Assembly (NCBI GenBank): GCA_903847095.1
Contig: CAINCQ010000041.1
Coordinates: forward strand, 72,292-136,291
Source: an uncultured bacterium
GTDB lineage: Bacteria; Patescibacteriota; Minisyncoccia; Minisyncoccales; UBA5738
Direction of reading: 5' to 3'
DNA: 64,000 bases
Notes under the pieces: generated by a model
The model's database searches: none
The model's input: the letters and a program-made list of their open reading frames with translations, nothing else
What the model was told of the DNA's origin: nothing
Translations under genes and position numbers: made by a program
Part shown: positions 26,896-37,374 of the stretch, piece by piece
Numbering within the stretch: the stretch's first letter is position 1
How the letters are laid out: every line of letters begins with the position of its first letter

Positions 26896-28302
26896 ATGAC
26901 CACACCTCAAACCACCATGGACTACAAATACGCGAAAAAAAAGATCGAGGTGCCGCACAATCTGGAGATCCCGCCCCAAAGCGTTGAATTGGAGCAATCG
27001 GTGATCGGTTGTCTGATGATCGATAGGTCGGCGATAATAAAAATCGTTGATTTTTTGGGACCCGAAGATTTTTACAAGCCCGGACACAAAGAGATCTATC
27101 TGGTTTGCCAGGAGCTTTTCGAAAAAGGCGAGCCGATAGATTTTCTTTCGGTATCCAATCGCCTAAAGGAAAAGGGCCTGCTGGGAAAAATCGGCGGCAA
27201 CGCTTATCTCACCGAAACGATCAACCTGGTACCCAGCACCAGTCATGTCGTATCTTACGCCCATAACGTTCAGCGCAAACGGATTTTGCGCGATTTGATC
27301 TCGGCTTCGCAAGAAATAGAACAGCTTGGCTATAACGAGTCCGATGAATTGAGCGAGGTCTTGGACGAAGCGGAAAGAAAAATCTTTGCCATTGCCCAGC
27401 GGGGCGTGGCCCAGAATTTTACCTTGGTCAAAGATACCCTTCCCGAAGCGTTCGAGCGGATCGAAAAACTTTCGCAGGGAAAGGCGACTCGCGGTTTGGC
27501 TACCGGTTATACGGATCTGGATAAATTGCTTTCCGGTCTGCAGAAATCCGACTTGGTTGTTCTGGCCGCCCGTCCCTCCATGGGAAAATCAACCTTGGCT
27601 GTCAATATCGCGCAGAATATCGCCTATAATGAAAAGATAACGGTCGGGATATTCTCTTTGGAAATGTCGAAAGACCAGATCGTCGACCGCTTGATCTCTT
27701 CCATCTCCGGGGTTGATCTTTGGAAGATCAGGACCGGAAAATTGTCCAGCGAAGGCGACGAGAATGATTTTGTCAGGATCCAAAGGGCTTTAGGCGTCCT
27801 TTCGGAACTACCTATCTATATCGACGACGTTGGCTCGCCTTCGGTGCTTCAAATGAAGGCTCTAAGCCGCCGGCTTCAGGCTGAAAAGGGGTTAGGCTTG
27901 CTTGTGATCGACTATTTGCAATTAATGGAGCCGCTTAACCGGCTGGCCAGCCCGGTCCAACAGGTTTCGGAAAATTCAAGGGCTCTCAAAGGGCTCGCCC
28001 GCGAACTGAACATTCCCGTGCTGGTGATCTCCCAGCTGTCCCGCGCTGTGGAACAGCGCGTTCCTTCCATCCCCAAGCTTTCCGACCTCCGCGAATCGGG
28101 CGCTATCGAACAAGATGCCGATGTGGTGATGTTTATTTACCGGGAGGATCGCTACCGGGAGAATTCCGAGAAAAAAGGCATTGCCGAGATCATCGTTGCC
28201 AAGCACCGCAATGGCCCGGTTGGCAAGATCGAGACTTTCTTCGACGATCAAACCGTCAGCTTCAAAAATATCGAGAAACGTTACCAGGAATATGAAACAT
28301 AG
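26896..28302 (+). CDS. dnaB: Replicative DNA helicase
   Basis: PPQS.ELEQSVIG, AARPSMGKS, FSLEMS, IDYLQLM, LSDLRESGAIEQDAD, AKHRNGP; no intein. Confidence 0.98.
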   Translation: MTTPQTTMDYKYAKKKIEVPHNLEIPPQSVELEQSVIGCLMIDRSAIIKIVDFLGPEDFYKPGHKEIYLVCQELFEKGEPIDFLSVSNRLKEKGLLGKIGGNAYLTETINLVPSTSHVVSYAHNVQRKRILRDLISASQEIEQLGYNESDELSEVLDEAERKIFAIAQRGVAQNFTLVKDTLPEAFERIEKLSQGKATRGLATGYTDLDKLLSGLQKSDLVVLAARPSMGKSTLAVNIAQNIAYNEKITVGIFSLEMSKDQIVDRLISSISGVDLWKIRTGKLSSEGDENDFVRIQRALGVLSELPIYIDDVGSPSVLQMKALSRRLQAEKGLGLLVIDYLQLMEPLNRLASPVQQVSENSRALKGLARELNIPVLVISQLSRAVEQRVPSIPKLSDLRESGAIEQDADVVMFIYREDRYRENSEKKGIAEIIVAKHRNGPVGKIETFFDDQTVSFKNIEKRYQEYET

Positions 28303-28405
28303 CGGGAACGGCGAGAAAAGCGCTAACAGCAAGAAGAGTAAGAATTAGAGCCGATATTTTAGCTTTTCTCGCTGTTCCAGCTTTTCTTGCTTTTCTAGCT
28401 TTCCA
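28301..28405. repeat. Degenerate 9-bp tandem/inverted repeat element, copy 2
   Basis: AGCGGGAAC GGCGAGAAA AGCGCTAAC AGCAAGAAG AGTAAGAAT, then inverted arm TTTCTCGCT GTTCCAGCT TTTCTTGCT TTTCTAGCT. Confidence 0.8.
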
Positions 28406-28409
28406 TTGT

Positions 28410-29006
28410 ATGTATTCGCCAAGCATTCAAAAACTGATCGAGCAATTTTCCAAACTTCCGACGGTTGGACCGCGAACCGCGGCCCGTTTCGCCTTTTATT
28501 TGATCGGAAAAAGTAAATCAGAAATTGATGAACTGGTTTTAGCGATTTCAAACGTCAAAAAAAACGTCAAATGCTGCCGGCTTTGTTTTAACGTTTACGA
28601 ATCGGAAAAAGAGATTTGCGGTATTTGTTCCGATACCCGGCGCGACAATAGCCTGCTCTGTGTCGTAGCCAACGAGACCGATCTGGCCTCGATCGAAAAG
28701 ATCAAAACATTCAAGGGCCGTTATTTTGTTTTGGGCGCTCCGCTCTCCAGCTTGCGCCGCGAACCAACCGATACCGAACGGATCATGGAATTGGAAAAAC
28801 GGGTAAGCCATAACAAGGCTTTGAAAGAAATCGTTCTGGCCATCAATCCCACTCCCGACGGCCAAGCCGCGATTCTTTATTTGGAAAGAATGCTCAAGCC
28901 CGCCGGGGTAAAAATTACCCGGCTTGGCCTTGGCCTACCCTTTGGCGGAGAGCTGGAATACGCCGATGAAGAGACGCTGTCATCGGCTCTTAACGGGCGG
29001 AAATGA
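28410..29006 (+). CDS. recR: Recombination mediator RecR
   Basis: LPTVGPRTAAR helix-hairpin-helix, C..C...C..C zinc finger, TOPRIM domain, GGELEYAD..TL..AL..R. Confidence 0.96.
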   Translation: MYSPSIQKLIEQFSKLPTVGPRTAARFAFYLIGKSKSEIDELVLAISNVKKNVKCCRLCFNVYESEKEICGICSDTRRDNSLLCVVANETDLASIEKIKTFKGRYFVLGAPLSSLRREPTDTERIMELEKRVSHNKALKEIVLAINPTPDGQAAILYLERMLKPAGVKITRLGLGLPFGGELEYADEETLSSALNGRK

Positions 29007-29074
29007 TTTAACACCAAGAAAATCCCGATTGGATCAGATCGAATTGCGTTTTTCCGCCTTAAATTTATTCTTAT

Positions 29075-29172
29075 AAAGAAAAGCCCGCGAATATTCGTGG
29101 GCTATATCAAGAGAAAAAAACGAAGGAAAGGTACTGGTGCATAATGAACTAAAAAAATAGTAGGTAGGAACA
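29075..29172 (-). ncRNA. Putative ~95-nt small RNA
   Basis: Upstream TTGACA-18-TAAAAT; ends in AGCCCACGAA-TA-TTCGCGGGCT plus U-run; no credible ORF. Confidence 0.5.
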
Positions 29173-29215
29173 ATTTCATTTTACTTCCACCGGGTGGTTC
29201 TTGTCAAGAGGGGCA

Positions 29216-29224
29216 TGTGGATAA
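29216..29224 (-). promoter_or_regulatory. DnaA box
   Basis: Perfect TTATCCACA on the minus strand. Confidence 0.55.
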
Positions 29225-29262
29225 CCAGGAAATAGCCTTATTCTGGTATTCGGCCTAAAACA

Positions 29263-29289
29263 AAAAACGCCCTAATTACGGCGTTTTTT
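29263..29289. terminator. Intrinsic terminator of rplU
   Basis: AAAAAACGCC-ctaattac-GGCGTTTTTT. Confidence 0.75.
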
Positions 29290-29313
29290 GTGTTTTTAAA
29301 ATTGTATTAAGAT

Positions 29314-29628
29314 CTATTTGGTGTCGATCGATTTGATCTCGACTTCCGTGAAGCGTTGGCGATGTCCTTTTTTTCGGTGATAGCGTTTTTTTGCCTTGTA
29401 TTTAAAAGCAATCACTTTAACCCCCTTGCCTTGTTTTAAAATAGCGGCCGTAACGGTCGCTCCCTCAACGGTTGGTTGGCCGATGGCTAATTTTTCGTCG
29501 TTTTGGACGAGCAAAACCTCGGAAAAGGTTATTTCCTTTCCTTCATCCCCTTCGATCTTTTCTACTTTTAACTTTTGTCCAGCCTTAACAATATATTGTT
29601 TTCCGCCGGTTTTGATCACAGCTATCAT
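29314..29628 (-). CDS. rplU: 50S ribosomal protein L21
   Basis: AVIKTGGKQY.V, KYKAKKRY.RKKGHRQ. Confidence 0.98.
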   Translation of the reverse strand: MIAVIKTGGKQYIVKAGQKLKVEKIEGDEGKEITFSEVLLVQNDEKLAIGQPTVEGATVTAAILKQGKGVKVIAFKYKAKKRYHRKKGHRQRFTEVEIKSIDTK

Positions 29629-29776
29629 AATATTGAGATTTGGTTTAATTTCCTAACCCGTTCATATTATAATACTTCGGCAAAAAAGTCAAACTATTCC
29701 ACGTGATCCGGAGATATGATTCAGGATGAATCAAATTTTTACTTTTTTAGATTTTTCCGTTATTAATAATTAATTT

Positions 29777-30847
29777 TTAATCTACGGTTGGTTTATCGAT
29801 TTGCGTCATTTCGAGCTTTTCGCGCTCGCCGTCGGTGATTTTTAAGACATCCTTGTCGATCTTGGTGAATTCCTTGCAAGCTCCATTATAGGCGTTAACC
29901 GAGGTGGAAAGATGCGTTCCGAGCTTTTGGAGATATTCGGCGTAGGCCAGAAGGTGTTTTTCCAACATTTCGACCCGTTTGCGGATCTCCTTGGCCGATT
30001 CTTCGATCTGCAAAGCCCGCAGCCCCTGAAGAACGGTTTGCAAATAAGCGAGAAACGACGTTGGGGAAACGATGATCACCCGTTTGTCCCGGAAAGCGTA
30101 TTCGACGAGATCTTGGGTGTTGGCTTTAATCGCTCCGACTTGATTCGAGATCAGATCGTAAAAAATTCCTTCGGAGGGTATGAACATAAAAGCGAATTCC
30201 GTGGTATTTTCATTAGGCCTGATGTATTTTGAGGTTTCGTCGATTCGGTTTTTCAGATCCTGTTTAAATAATTTTTCCAGTTCCGTTCTGCGGGCCGCGT
30301 CTTTTTCGCAAACAATCTTGTTGTAATTTTCAAGGGAAAATTTGGAATCAATGGGAATAATCTTGTCCTTGACGAAAACAACCGCGTCGACAATCTCGTC
30401 ATTGGCGAATTTGTATTGCATCTGGAAGGATTTGGGCGGCAGAACATTCTTTAGAACCGTTTCCAAATAGTACTCCCCCAAAATCCCCCGCTGTTTCGGG
30501 TTCTTTAAAATGTTTTCCAAAGATTGAAGCTGTTCGGCAAAACCAACCACCTGTTTGTTGGTATTGTCCAGCTCGGTAAGCTTTTTTGATACGTCCTGGA
30601 TGATCTTGGCGCTTTCCGAGAACTGTTGCTGGAGCATCTGGCTGTTAAATCCCATATGTTCGCGCATGTTTTTGCTCGACTCCGACAATTTATTGTCCAG
30701 TGTTTCGGATATCCGGCCGATCTGTTGCTGCAACATCAAAAGCGCCCCGTCATCCTTCTTTTCCGGCTTTTTGCGCAACAAAAAATAAGTTTGAGCGGCG
30801 ATTGCCGCCAGCAATAACGCGAAAAGGAACAAAGTGGTGTCGTCCAT
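29777..30847 (-). CDS. rmuC: DNA recombination protein RmuC
   Basis: N-terminal TM, coiled coil, NPKQRGILGE..LE, PIDSKF, FAFMFIPSE, VSPT. Confidence 0.93.
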   Translation of the reverse strand: MDDTTLFLFALLLAAIAAQTYFLLRKKPEKKDDGALLMLQQQIGRISETLDNKLSESSKNMREHMGFNSQMLQQQFSESAKIIQDVSKKLTELDNTNKQVVGFAEQLQSLENILKNPKQRGILGEYYLETVLKNVLPPKSFQMQYKFANDEIVDAVVFVKDKIIPIDSKFSLENYNKIVCEKDAARRTELEKLFKQDLKNRIDETSKYIRPNENTTEFAFMFIPSEGIFYDLISNQVGAIKANTQDLVEYAFRDKRVIIVSPTSFLAYLQTVLQGLRALQIEESAKEIRKRVEMLEKHLLAYAEYLQKLGTHLSTSVNAYNGACKEFTKIDKDVLKITDGEREKLEMTQIDKPTVD

Positions 30848-30851
30848 TGGT

Positions 30852-32003
30852 TTATGTCTTTGGCGCGGTACTCCGAAGTCTAGCTTGCGGGGCATCGCAC
30901 CAATAAAGATAATTTAAAAAATTGTAGACAAAATCGAAGGAAATTCGTTTTCGGTTGTTATCCCGGAAATTGGTCAAAAAAAATGAAGAATATTTTGCTC
31001 TTTCTTTATTCAGCCTCTCGTTGAATTTATTCATCAATTCCATCTGTGTTACAATGGAAACTTCTTCTTTAAAGATCAAATGAGCCATGTTGCGGGAGCT
31101 TACCTTGCCGACCAGGCCGGATATTCCGTATTGTCTTATGTCTTCAAGCTGGATTTTTTTTCCATTTTTACTGTCGATTGCCCGTAAAGTTAAAATATTG
31201 CGGTTGATTATTCTTTTATTTTCCCCGCTGATCAGTACGGATTTTTTGTCTTTAATGTTTTGAAAAGCCAATTCCGTCTTGACGTCGCCCGATTTTAAAT
31301 AACTTTCGGTCAAACGGAAGACTCCCAGCCGGTTTGGCGAATCTTTTACTTTATTGGTAAAAGCGCCGCCTAATTGCCAATCGTACTTTTTTTCGACGCA
31401 AAAATCCACTTTTTGGTTTTCGGGCAGGATTAAGGCGGTAATTTTATTTTTCTCGCTACGATCGGTTTTTTTTCTGAAATATAAAGAAATTACGTTGTAT
31501 GTCGTATCGTCAAACACTTGTCCGGAAAATATGTTTAATTTAACAATCTTGAATTTGGCAAAAAAAAGGGATCTTATTTTTTTGGAGTTTTTGGCACACA
31601 AAAAATTTAGCGGAACGATCAAAATCCCCTCTTCGCTATTCAAAATGGAAAAAATAGATATTTGATACAAATCCTCAAAGCCGGAGTATGTTCCGTTAAA
31701 AAACCTGTCTTTTATCACCTTACTTGCCTTATTTTTGTGAAGATAGGGAGGATTGGTACAGACAAATTTGTATTTTCCCGGATCATTGATTGAATCACGA
31801 TAACCGACTGCGACATTGTCAACGTATTTTTGATCGCAATCAAAACCCGACGCGAACTTCGCCCGGTTTTTTGACGCCCACCCGATAAGATCCCGATTGC
31901 CTGCGAACGGATCGATTACTTCTTTGCCCGCCACGAATTTCTCCATTCCCTGCAGGATATAATCGGAATTGGTCGTAAAAAATTGCCCGAATTGCTTCTT
32001 CAT
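30852..32003 (-). CDS. N6-adenine DNA methyltransferase (gamma order), no adjacent restriction endonuclease
   Basis: GQFFT (motif X), IDPFAG (motif I), TNPPY (motif IV), VFDDT; AT-rich. Confidence 0.85.
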   Translation of the reverse strand: MKKQFGQFFTTNSDYILQGMEKFVAGKEVIDPFAGNRDLIGWASKNRAKFASGFDCDQKYVDNVAVGYRDSINDPGKYKFVCTNPPYLHKNKASKVIKDRFFNGTYSGFEDLYQISIFSILNSEEGILIVPLNFLCAKNSKKIRSLFFAKFKIVKLNIFSGQVFDDTTYNVISLYFRKKTDRSEKNKITALILPENQKVDFCVEKKYDWQLGGAFTNKVKDSPNRLGVFRLTESYLKSGDVKTELAFQNIKDKKSVLISGENKRIINRNILTLRAIDSKNGKKIQLEDIRQYGISGLVGKVSSRNMAHLIFKEEVSIVTQMELMNKFNERLNKERAKYSSFFLTNFRDNNRKRISFDFVYNFLNYLYWCDAPQARLRSTAPKT

Positions 32004-32125
32004 GCTTTACTTTACCTTAATTATGGCTCAGGTCCGGGATAAATCAAAATACATCTCAATGCGCGGCGATTATTTAAACGAAAAACCGCCCATAAAGCGA
32101 TTTTTCCGATTTCGCGAACCGGAGA

Positions 32126-33112
32126 TCAGTCGGGCACGTTAATGTCTTTTCCCTGCCCTAGCTCTTCCCCGTCGATCCGCTTGTCGCCGTCGGTGTCGGG
32201 ATTGAGCGGGTCGGAATGGTAGTTAAAAAGCTCAACGTAGTCAGACACGCCATCTCTATCCGAATCGTCCGAAAAAGGATCAAGGTTCATTGAGAGCTCG
32301 CGCAGATCGTTAAGGCCGTCATTGTCGGAATCAAAATGCATCGTCGAACCGGATCGGGCGGCTTCAACAATCTTTAAACAAGTTTTTTTGTATGAAACCG
32401 ACTGAATTTTCCCGCAAATGGATGTATCCGCGTTTTCAGCTGCCAGGTTGAGATAATACCAGTCCGCACATACGTACTTATCCTCCGCTTTTTTTATGGC
32501 CTCGCATATCTTGACGCCATTTTTCTCGGCTAGCGTCCAGATGCAAAAATTGCGGAAAACCGATGCTTTGGGAAGCGCCAGGCAAGCATCCATATTGTTG
32601 TTATCTTTGGCCCGTCTTGAATTGATTTGGGCTTTGCATTTTATCTTGGTATAAGGATAATCGATCTGGCCACAAATTGCCGGGTCGTCGCTATTGTAGG
32701 CAATTTCCATGATGCAGACATTTTCCCATTCTTTAGCCGCGATCTGGCGGCAACCGCTTACGTTTTTTTCGGTTTGGCTCACTATTCTAAGGCAGTGGTC
32801 GCGGTATTCGGCGTTGGAAATCCTGTCGCAAGACTGCGTATCGTCATTAGCTATGGCGCGGCCCATTAACTCCATGTTTTGGCAAATCCTTTTTTCGTCC
32901 GGAGCCTCGATATCCTGGCATCCGGATTCGGTGATCAGTGGTGCGATTGTTGCGCCTGTATTTTCGGTTTCTGCCGTCTTATTCTCTAACGTTGTTTTTC
33001 CGGACGGTTCGGTGTTTTCCCGGTTGCCGAAGACCATGATCCAGAAAAAAAATATCAAAAGGAGCACGATGATCGCGATAGATATCAGAACAATTTTTGT
33101 TTTTTTATCCAT
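32126..33112 (-). CDS. Membrane-anchored protein with C..I.....C helical repeats and C-terminal DxDxDG (TSP3-like Ca-binding) repeats
   Basis: N-terminal TM, repeated C-x-x-I-x(7)-C units, DSDNDGLND / DSDRDGVSD / DTDGD. Confidence 0.8.
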   Translation of the reverse strand: MDKKTKIVLISIAIIVLLLIFFFWIMVFGNRENTEPSGKTTLENKTAETENTGATIAPLITESGCQDIEAPDEKRICQNMELMGRAIANDDTQSCDRISNAEYRDHCLRIVSQTEKNVSGCRQIAAKEWENVCIMEIAYNSDDPAICGQIDYPYTKIKCKAQINSRRAKDNNNMDACLALPKASVFRNFCIWTLAEKNGVKICEAIKKAEDKYVCADWYYLNLAAENADTSICGKIQSVSYKKTCLKIVEAARSGSTMHFDSDNDGLNDLRELSMNLDPFSDDSDRDGVSDYVELFNYHSDPLNPDTDGDKRIDGEELGQGKDINVPD

Positions 33113-33114
33113 GT

Positions 33115-34269
33115 TTAGCGGCAATAGCAAAAAGCCGAACCGGATCGGACTTGATGGACCTTTGAGCAGTTTTTTTCGACAGCTTTGTATTCGCCCTCGT
33201 CGGCGCAGGTGTTCGCCAAATACGTTTCAGCATCGATTTCTGCCTTCATAATTGTTGCGGCTTCGCAACGATTACCAAGAGAAAAAATTGTAAAATCTTT
33301 ATTTTTACAATTCTTAGGAAATAAATCTAGCGATGAATATTCGCAATCTGCGACAGCTTCTGCTTCGTAACTCGGTTTGCAAGGAGGCAGTGGCTCGTTA
33401 TTGTCGTTTTTACATAGCAAATCTTGCCAACAGCAAGGCGGTACCACATAAAGGAAACTGCAATTCAATTCATCATAAGAACCTACGCCGAAACAGGTTT
33501 TTTTTATTTTTTTGCAGGCGTCCAGGCAATTAACGCCTTTTTCCGGCATTATTTTGGTCGCTTTTACCGCTTCCGCATTCGCTTTCTTAAGGTCGCGTTG
33601 ATAGATAGGCAACGCACAATAGTCGAATAAATTTTCATTGTCGCCACCACTGTTCTCATCGTCGGTTATTTCCTCGTCTCCGGCGGCGACCAAGGTGCAG
33701 TCGGGCGAACAGCGGCTTATCATCTTTTCGCATTCATTAACGCTAAAGCCGGACCGGGCTTGGCAATCGGCGACCGACATATTGGGCTCACATTCTTCGC
33801 CGTCCTGAACGATCCCATCCCCGCATGATTCGGCGGCAAGTTCCATCGCTCCGCATTTGGCGCTGATTTTCCACCAGCTTTCATTGAGCTTAAGGCCGTT
33901 CCATTCGGCGATGCCCAGAAAAGCGAAAAACGTGTTCACAAAAACCCATCCGGTAAAAAGGATCACTGTTCCGAATCCTGTCGCCTTAATGAGCTTGCCG
34001 GCGGTTGCCAGCTTCTTCGCGTCACCCTGCGACCCCAGGTAATACATGCCGGCCGCAACCAGCCAAAAAGCGATTAAAGCGGGAACAAGAACGAATACGG
34101 CATATTTCAATGTCGTTTGGGTCAAGGTAAATAGGTCGCAGATCGTGCAGGCGTGCTGGCCCGGCCCGCCACAGGGAACCAAGGCCGCCTGGCAAGTATT
34201 GAAAGCCAAAAATGAAAATAAAAAAATAGCCGCTCCAAATATAAAAGAGTTGGTCTCTGATTTTATCAT
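33115..34269 (-). CDS. CPR-type pilin-like protein (TrbC/VirB2-like) with a Cys-rich C-terminal extension
   Basis: Signal peptide, LVPCG...C..C.LF, two TM with AG..Y..S.G....A, CGDG..EEC module, C-terminal CYC. Confidence 0.75.
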   Translation of the reverse strand: MIKSETNSFIFGAAIFLFSFLAFNTCQAALVPCGGPGQHACTICDLFTLTQTTLKYAVFVLVPALIAFWLVAAGMYYLGSQGDAKKLATAGKLIKATGFGTVILFTGWVFVNTFFAFLGIAEWNGLKLNESWWKISAKCGAMELAAESCGDGIVQDGEECEPNMSVADCQARSGFSVNECEKMISRCSPDCTLVAAGDEEITDDENSGGDNENLFDYCALPIYQRDLKKANAEAVKATKIMPEKGVNCLDACKKIKKTCFGVGSYDELNCSFLYVVPPCCWQDLLCKNDNNEPLPPCKPSYEAEAVADCEYSSLDLFPKNCKNKDFTIFSLGNRCEAATIMKAEIDAETYLANTCADEGEYKAVEKNCSKVHQVRSGSAFCYCR

Positions 34270-34347
34270 TTCACCTGATAGAATATCCTTGACTGATTAT
34301 AACACAAAAAACAATTCGACTGATCCGAAGTCGATCAAGCAAGAAGG

Positions 34348-37242
34348 CTAATCCAAAAACTTGGCGGTCCAGGTTTTGGCGTGTTTCAATTCAGCGGGTG
34401 TACCCTGGAAGACGATCCGGCCTCCGCGATCCCCGCCCTCGGGGCCAAGTTCGACCACCCAATCCCCTTCCATGAGTACTTGCGGATTGTGTTCGATGAT
34501 AACCACCGAGTTTCCCTTTTCGACCAGCCGGCGCAGAATGAACAGCAATTTTTTGGTATCGTCGAAGTGAAGGCCGACTGTCGGCTCATCCAAAATATAA
34601 ATAGTGCGTCCGGTATCGCGCTTGGACAGCTCAAAAGCCAGTTTGATCCTTTGGGCTTCTCCGCCCGAAAGGCTTGGCGCGCTTTGTCCCAGCTGTAAAT
34701 AACCCAGACCGATATCGACCAACAGCTGAAGACGTTCCCGGATCATCGGTATCTCGGAAAAAAAGTTCCGGGATTCCTCGATGCTCATGGCCAAAACATC
34801 CGCGATGCTTTTTTCCCGGTATTTTACGTTCAATACTTCGGAAGTGAACCGTTGTCCTTTGCATTGTTCGCATTCGACGTAAACGTCGGGCAGAAAATAC
34901 ATCTCCACCTTCTGGAAACCTTCACCCTGGCAAACCGGGCACCGGCCAAGCTTGGTATTGAACGAAAAATGACCTGGCGAAAAGCCTTTGATCTGGGCAT
35001 CGCGCGACCGCGCGTAAAGTTCCCGCATATGGTTAAATAATCCGGTGTAGGTCGCGGGGTTGGATCGGGGGGTTTTGCCGATTGGGCTTTGGTCCACCAA
35101 GACCACCTTGTTGATATTCTCGGTGCCTTTCAGCTCTTTATAGGTTCCGGGTTGGGCGCGCGCTCCGTAAAATTCTTTTTGGAGGATCCGGGCCAGGGTT
35201 TCGATAACGAGTGTGCTTTTTCCCGATCCGGATACCCCGCCGACGCAAGTCAATTTTTCCAGAGGGATCTTTAAATCGACATTTTTCAAACTGAATTGAT
35301 CGGCCCCAGTGAGTTCCAGCCATTTTGTATCCTTATCAATCGTTTTTTTGGGAAAACCGGTCCCGATCGTGAGTTCACGCGACAAGTATTTTCCCGTCAG
35401 GGTTTTTGCCTTAAGTAAATGTTGATAAGTGCCTTCAAAAACCACCTTGCCGCCCAATTTTCCGGCTCCTGGTCCGATCTCAATGATCCAGTCGGCATTT
35501 TTCATTACTTGTTCGTCGTGTTCGACGACAATCACGGTATTTTGCAGGTTTTGAAGTTCGCGCAAGGCCTTGATCAGACGTTCAACATCGCGCTGGTGCA
35601 AACCGACGGTCGGCTCGTCGAGAACGTAAATCACGCCCGAAAGGGCCGATCCAAGCTGGCAGGCCAGCCGAATGCGTTGGTTTTCCCCAACCGAAAGCGT
35701 GGTTGCTTCGCGCGCCAGGTCGATATAATCAACGCCAACCTCCACTAAAAAGCTTAGCCTTTTGACAATTTCCTTGATCAATGGCTGGGCGATGTCCCGG
35801 TCCCGTTCGCTTAACTTTGCGTCCAAGTTCTTGAAAAAAGGTATTTCTTCCCGGACAGGCATTGACGATAATTCAAAAATATTCTTGTCGTCGATCTTTA
35901 CTGCCAGCGGTTCCCGGGCCAAGCGCGCTCCATGACAGTCGGGGCAGGATATCTCGGTCATGTACTTTGAGATTTCCGCCCGCAGGAATTCCGACGTTGT
36001 TTCGTGATAGGTCCGTTCCATCCTGGGCACGATTCCTTCGTAGTTAGGATATTTTTCGTTTCCAAAAAGCACCGTGGCCTGAAGTTCCTCGGAAAGAGTT
36101 TTAAACGGTTTATCCAGAGAGAAACCGAGTCGTTCCGCCAGATTCTCCAGCGACCATTTTTGATAAGGAACGGCCAATGAGCGTTGCGACCAGCGGCCGA
36201 GATTGTACCAGGGCAGAATGGCCCCTTCGTTGAGAGAAAGGCCGGAATTGATCATCAGTTCGGGATTGATCTTTAAAAGTTTTCCCAACCCTTGGCAGGT
36301 GCCGCAAGCGCCGAACGGGTTATTGAACGAAAAAATCTTGGGTTCGATCACGGGCAAAGATACTTGGCAGTCATTGCAGGAAAAATGGCTTGAGAATATG
36401 GTTTCTTTTTCCTTATCGCCGGTCTTTGAATAAAGTATGATCCTCCCCTTGCCCATTTCCAACCCCTTTTTAACCGAGAGCAGGATCTTTTCCTTTTCCT
36501 CTTTGACCAAATTCTCAAGCTTTTTTTTCTTGCGGGCCAAGGCTTCGGTTTCGGCTTTGGACATTTTCTTTTTATCTATCTCAACCCCATTAACATAATT
36601 ACGCATGTCGAATTTATCGATCACTACTTCGATGTTATGGGTTTTTTGGCGGTCCAGAATCTTGTCTTTGGCCTCATCGGTCGAGTAAAGGATCCCATCG
36701 ATCCGGATCTTAGGCCATCCGGCGCGATAGATCTCCTCGAGCGTTCCCTGATGCTGACCTTTTTTATGGGCGATAACGGAGGCCATGATCAAAATTTCGG
36801 TTTGCGAAGCTGCCCGAAAAACGTTTTCGGCGATACGGTTAGGGGTTTGCGATACCACGGGTTTTCCGCAATTGGGACAATGCGGTTTTCCGATATGGGC
36901 GTAGATCAAGCGAAGATAGTCATAAATTTCCGTCAGCGTGCCCACCGTAGATCTGGGATTGGAAGTGATGGTTTTTTGATTGACCGCGACCGTCGGGGAT
37001 AGGCCATCGATCCGTTCCACGTCGGGTTTTTTCATGCCGCCCAAAAACTGCCGCGCGTATGAAGACAAGCTTTCGAGATAACGGCGCTGACCTTCCTGGA
37101 AGATCGTGTCGAACGCCAAAGAAGATTTTCCCGAGCCCGAGATCCCGCAGATCACTACCAATTTGTTTTTCGGTATCTTAAGATCGATATTCTTGAGGTT
37201 GTGGACAGCAACGTTTTTAAGTTCAATGAAATTTTTATCCAT
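34348..37242 (-). CDS. uvrA: Excinuclease ABC subunit A
   Basis: [27 protein letters not shown], zinc fingers, second ABC domain GVSGSGKST and LSGGEAQR. Confidence 0.98.
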   Translation of the reverse strand: MDKNFIELKNVAVHNLKNIDLKIPKNKLVVICGISGSGKSSLAFDTIFQEGQRRYLESLSSYARQFLGGMKKPDVERIDGLSPTVAVNQKTITSNPRSTVGTLTEIYDYLRLIYAHIGKPHCPNCGKPVVSQTPNRIAENVFRAASQTEILIMASVIAHKKGQHQGTLEEIYRAGWPKIRIDGILYSTDEAKDKILDRQKTHNIEVVIDKFDMRNYVNGVEIDKKKMSKAETEALARKKKKLENLVKEEKEKILLSVKKGLEMGKGRIILYSKTGDKEKETIFSSHFSCNDCQVSLPVIEPKIFSFNNPFGACGTCQGLGKLLKINPELMINSGLSLNEGAILPWYNLGRWSQRSLAVPYQKWSLENLAERLGFSLDKPFKTLSEELQATVLFGNEKYPNYEGIVPRMERTYHETTSEFLRAEISKYMTEISCPDCHGARLAREPLAVKIDDKNIFELSSMPVREEIPFFKNLDAKLSERDRDIAQPLIKEIVKRLSFLVEVGVDYIDLAREATTLSVGENQRIRLACQLGSALSGVIYVLDEPTVGLHQRDVERLIKALRELQNLQNTVIVVEHDEQVMKNADWIIEIGPGAGKLGGKVVFEGTYQHLLKAKTLTGKYLSRELTIGTGFPKKTIDKDTKWLELTGADQFSLKNVDLKIPLEKLTCVGGVSGSGKSTLVIETLARILQKEFYGARAQPGTYKELKGTENINKVVLVDQSPIGKTPRSNPATYTGLFNHMRELYARSRDAQIKGFSPGHFSFNTKLGRCPVCQGEGFQKVEMYFLPDVYVECEQCKGQRFTSEVLNVKYREKSIADVLAMSIEESRNFFSEIPMIRERLQLLVDIGLGYLQLGQSAPSLSGGEAQRIKLAFELSKRDTGRTIYILDEPTVGLHFDDTKKLLFILRRLVEKGNSVVIIEHNPQVLMEGDWVVELGPEGGDRGGRIVFQGTPAELKHAKTWTAKFLD

Positions 37243-37374
37243 GGGAAATGTTTAAAGCAATTTATTATATACTATCCGTCAATATTTTCCAAGGATGCGC
37301 ACGGCAAGCTCCGATACTGCCGATAATTGATGTTTGGAATAAAAAAAGGGACATGGTCTATGTCTCTTTCATCG

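Noticed and set aside
28345..28551. Short ORF with KLEKQEKLEQREKL periodicity
   Set aside because: The periodicity comes from the non-coding 9-mer repeat, and the ORF is antisense to recR.
22201..29224. DnaA-box-like sites (TTATCCACT at 22201, TTATCCACA at 29216) considered as oriC
   Set aside because: They are isolated boxes with no cluster, no obvious unwinding element and no dnaA or dnaN nearby.
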